This document shows, piece after piece, positions 59,901-64,000 of a DNA stretch of 64,000 bases. Under the pieces are notes generated by a model, which was given only the letters and a program-made list of their open reading frames with translations, searched no databases and was not told where the DNA came from. Origin of the DNA: Heteronotia binoei (lineage: Eukaryota). The DNA is taken from assembly GCF_032191835.1 (NCBI RefSeq), contig NC_083230.1, positions 133,114,001 through 133,178,000 of the forward strand, in the 5' to 3' direction. Positions within the stretch are counted from its first letter, which is position 1. Each line of letters starts with the position of its first letter. A program made the position numbers and the translations under genes.

Positions 59901-60060
59901 GGACCAACCCTAAATCAGACTTTTCCCTGCAGCTGCTGTGGCCGGACCTGCCTGTCCCACATTGGTCTTGTCAGCCACCAGCGAGCCTGCAGCAAACGTG
60001 GACTATTGCACTCTTCTTAAATCTTCGTTCGCGAAGCCAAGCCGAGAGAGAGAGAGAGAG
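56985..60060 (+). mobile_element. 5'-truncated RTE-clade LINE with an uninterrupted EN-RT reading frame
   Basis: The open frame runs to the TAA at 60018-60020. APE motifs: SVYAPT, ILGDFNARVG, IDYIL, TDH. RT motifs: NYRGITLL, QCGFR, FVDLTKAFD, GVKQGCVLAP, LFADD, YLG. C-terminal CxxC-x12-H-x3-C, then a short 3' UTR and a (GA)n tail at ~60042-60060. Confidence 0.95.
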
Positions 60061-60747
60061 CTCGTAAAGACGAAGGTTCCCATTAGGCACCATGGGTAGT
60101 AACGATTCATGGATTTCTCCACAAACCTGCCAAGTTTCCTCTTAAAGCCATGTATGGTCATGGCCATAACCACATCCACTGTCGGTGAATTCTGCATCTT
60201 TATCACCCATTGAGTAAAGAAGTACTTTGTTTCTTGTGTTCTGAATCTGTTGCCCATCAGCTTCATTGGCTACCTCCAAGCTGTAGTATTATGGAAGAGG
60301 GAGAAAAAGCTTTCTTTCCACTTCCTTCATCTCATGCATAATTTTACAAACTTCTGTAATTCCTTCCACTCAGTGGTCTTTTTTTCTAAATCGAAAGCCC
60401 CAGGCTCTAGCCTCATCTCATAGGAAAGGAGCTCCAGCCCCAAAGTTCCTTGAACTTGCTGCGGTGCACTTTTACGATCTGCAAGAAACGGAACAAAGTT
60501 TGAGTGCAGTGATACCTTTAAGTCAAACCAGCAAGGTTTTATTCACGGTATAAGCTTTTGTGTGCAGGCAGACTTCTTCAGATACAGATACAGATCTCGG
60601 TGGGGTAGGGCGGGATATAAATCGAATAAAATAAATAAAAATAAATAAATACAGTGAATTGGAAATTAAACATATAGGTAAAGGGCAAGCAGTGAATTAG
60701 CATACAGCATAATGGGGATGTTTAACAAATTCAAGGACCAAACAGGA

Positions 60748-63150
60748 ATCATAGAGTTGGAAGGAGACCCACAGGGTCATCTAGTCGAAACCCCTGCACA
60801 ATGCAGGAAATTCACAAGTACTTCCCCTTAAGTTCACAGGATCAACAATGCTGTCAGATGGCCATCTAAGCCTCTGTTTAAAAGCCTCCAAAGAAGGAGA
60901 GCCCACCGCCTCCCAAGGAGGAAGCCTGTGCCATTGAGGAACCCCTCTAAACTCACAAACCCCTCCCCCTAAATTCACAGGATCCTCATTGCTGTCAGAT
61001 GGCCATCTAGCCTCTGTTGAAAAACCTCCAAGGAAGGAGAGCCCACCACCTCCCGAGGAGGAAGCCTGTTCCACTGAGGAACCACTGTAAACTCAAAAAC
61101 CCCTCCCCCTAAATTCACAGGATCAACATTGCTGTCTGATGGCCATCTAAGCCTCTGTTTAAAAACTTCCAAGGAAGGAGAGCCCACCGCCTCCCAAGGA
61201 GGAAGCCTGTTCCATTGAGGAACCCCTCTAAACTCACAAACCCCTCCCCCTAAATTCACAGGATCCTCATTGCTGTCAGATGGCCATCTAGCCTCTGTTG
61301 AAAAACCTCCAAGGAAGGAGAGCCCACCACCTCCAGAGGAGGAAGCCTGTTCCACTGAGGAACCACTGTAAACTCACAAACCCCTCCCCCTAAATTCACA
61401 GGATTCTCATTGCTGTCAGATGGCCATCTAGCCTCTGTTGAAAAACCTCCAAGGAAGGAGAGCCGACCACCTCCCAAGGAGGAAGCCTGTTCCACTGAGG
61501 AACCCCTCTAAACTCACAAACCCCTCCCCCTACATTCACAGGATCCTCATTGCTGTCAGATGGCCATCTAGCCTCTGTTTAAAAACCTCCAAGGAAGGAG
61601 AGCCCATCACCTCCCGAGGAGGAAGCCTGTTCCATTGAGGAACCGCTCTAAACTCACAAACCCCTCCCCCTACATTCACAGGATCAACATTGCTGTCAGA
61701 TGGCCATCTAAGCCTCTGTTTAAAAACCTCCAAGGAAGGAGAGCCCACCATCTCCCAAGGAGGAAGCCTGTTCCACTGAGGAACCCCTCTAAACTCACAA
61801 ACCCCTCCCCCTACATTAACAGGATCTTCATTGCTGTCAGATGGCCATCTAGCCTCTGTTTAAAAACCTCCAAGGAAGGAGAGCCCATCACCTCCCGAGG
61901 AGGAAGCCTGTTCCATTGAGGAACCCCTCTAAACTCACAAATACCTTTCCCTACATTCACAGGATCTTCATTGCTGTCAGATGGCCATCTAAGCCTCTGT
62001 TTAAAAACCTCCAAGGAAGGATAGCCCACCACCTCCCAAGGAGGAAGCCTGTTCCATTGAGGAACCGCCCTAACAGTTAGGAAGTTCTTCCTAATTTTGA
62101 GCTGGAAACTCTTTTGATTTAATTTCAACCCATTGGTTCTGATCCAACCTTCTGGGGCAACAGAAAACAATTCTACATTATCTTCTATATAATAGCCCTT
62201 CAAGTACCTGAAGATGGTGATCATATCACCTCTCAGTCATCTCCTCTCCAGGCTAAACATCCCCAGCTCCTTCAGCCTTTCCTTGTAGGACTTGGTCTCC
62301 AGACCCCTCACCATCTTTGTTGCCCTCCTCTGGACCCGTTCCAGCTTGTCTATATCCTTCTTAAATTGTGGTGCCCAAAACGGAACACGATATTCTAGGT
62401 GAGATGTAACCAGAGCAGAGTAAAGCAATACCATCACTTCATGTGATCTGGACACTACACTTCTGTTGATACAGTCTAAAATTGCATTTTCCTTTTTAAA
62501 CACCACAACACATTTCTGACTCATGTTCGGTGTATGGTATACTAAGACCTCTAGATCCTTTTCACACATATTGTTGCCAAGACAAGTCTCCCACATCCTA
62601 TAATGATGCATTTATTTTTTCCTACCTAAATGCAAAACTTTACATTTTTTCCTGTTAAAATTCATTTTATTAGTTACAGCCCAGTTTTCCAGCCTGTCAA
62701 GATCATCCTGTATCCTGACTCAGTCTTCTACTGCATATGCTACCCCTACCAATTAAGCATTCCCTCTATTCCTTTATTCAAATGATTGATAAAGATATCA
62801 AACAAAACAGGTCCTAGGACAGATCCTTGAGGCACTTCTCTCCAAGAGGATGAGGAACCATTCACAAGCCCTCTTTGGGTGTGATCTGTCAACCAGTTAC
62901 AGATACACCTAACAGTAACAGGATCCAAACCATATTTTACCAACTTGTCAACAAGAATAATATGTGGAACCTTATCAGAAATCTTACTGAAGTCAAGATA
63001 AACTATATCTACAGTATTTCCCTGATCCAGCAAGGTAGAAACTTTGCCAAAAAAAAAAGAGATCAGATTAGTCTGACATGACTTGTTCTTGAGAAACCCA
63101 TGCTGGCTCTTAGTGATCACAGCCATCCTTTCTAAATGCTCAAGGACTGA
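60748..63150 (-). mobile_element. CR1 LINE 3' portion with its 3' end expanded into ~9 x 140-bp tandem units (60750-62050)
   Basis: Minus-strand ORF pieces [47 protein letters not shown] and NFLTVRAVPQWNRLP. The anchor cacaggat recurs about every 140-141 bp from ~60835 to ~61958. The CR1 tail is seen as revcomp gaatcatagag at ~60748. Confidence 0.9.
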
Positions 63151-63217
63151 GCTATACATTCCAGTTTACCATTCCAAATTACATTACATTATATTCTATG
63201 ATTCATTATGTTGCATT

Positions 63218-63389
63218 CAGTGTTCCCTCTAAGCTGCAGAGTCTTGTGAGCAAAAATTCCAGTTTGTGAGCTCCTGGCATTAAAGTTGTGAGCTGCTGCA
63301 TAAATTAGTGAACTCTGGGGTCATCCTTCCTGAGCGAAGACAAAAATGTGTGAGCTAGCTCACGCTAACTCAGCTTAGAGGGAACACTG
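63218..63389. mobile_element. hAT MITE, 172 bp
   Basis: Perfect 19-bp TIRs cagtgttccctctaagctg / cagcttagagggaacactg and a degraded 8-bp TSD (gttgcatt vs cttacatt). Confidence 0.82.
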
Positions 63390-64000
63390 CTTACATTACA
63401 GTCTACTCTTCTAATCTATCATTCTAAATAAGAAATAAAATAAAGAGGATATATGGCCTTTTTTGTGTGGTTGGTAAGAATAGAGATATAATGTCTGGAT
63501 GAGTTTAGCATATGTAGTGAGATAAAAAAAAAACAATATTCCTTTAATGTCCTGGGGATTCCATTGTTCTGAGTGTTGTAATAATGTTGTAGTTTGTTCC
63601 TGAAGTTCCTTTGCCATAAAACAGCTACTTTGGGGTCACCCATTGAATGTCCTGGGAGGCTGACATGTTCTCCTGCAGGTTTCTCAGTCTTGTGATTCTT
63701 GTTGTCAGTTTGGACATGGCCACACCCCTCTCTGATTTTGTTCAGGGTTAGGTTTCTCACAGTGCAAGTGTTCATTCGTGTTGCTATGGAATTAGATGGG
63801 AAAAGAGGACTTCAGCCACTAAGGCCTCACTGAAACTCAGAATTGCTGTTGAAAGCCTAATATGTGCTGCAAGTAACACAAAGACAGCGATAATGGATTA
63901 CTGGATATTTATAGGAAATTTCCAGATGTTCCAGGAGGATTTCTGTGTCCATTATCTCTTGTACTCAAATAGATGCAGGGAGTGAGTTTTGATACATGGA

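Overview
This is GC-rich vertebrate genomic DNA from a squamate reptile, most likely a gecko, inferred from its SINE, CR1 and hAT repeat complement. No prokaryotic features or CRISPR arrays are present. Four spliced genes were reconstructed exon by exon: the 3' part of PAX4 (+, 296 to at least 4574), FSCN3 (-, 6 exons, 482 aa), GCC1 (+, 2 exons, 728 aa) and DENND6B (-, 20 exons, with an apparent 1-nt deletion in exon 13). A CpG-island promoter with a non-coding first exon of an unidentified + strand gene lies at about 47.0-47.3 kb. FSCN3 and GCC1 are head-to-head with only 439 bp between their ATGs, and ARF5, which sits between them in human, is absent. The PAX4 homeodomain has both partners of the conserved R31-E42 pair replaced (W31, R42). 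The rest of the window is transposon-rich: a 5'-truncated RTE LINE with an unbroken 1,011-codon frame, CR1 and L2 fragments, tRNA-derived SINEs, hAT MITEs with 8-bp TSDs, and a ~590-bp foldback element. Five dispersed retroelement copies have expanded internally into tandem arrays (79, 79, 67, 140 and 29 bp units). Two further minisatellites (78 bp, ~110 bp) have no recognised source. Exon coordinates were derived by hand, gene names come from recalled orthologue sequences, and repeat family names need confirmation by database search.
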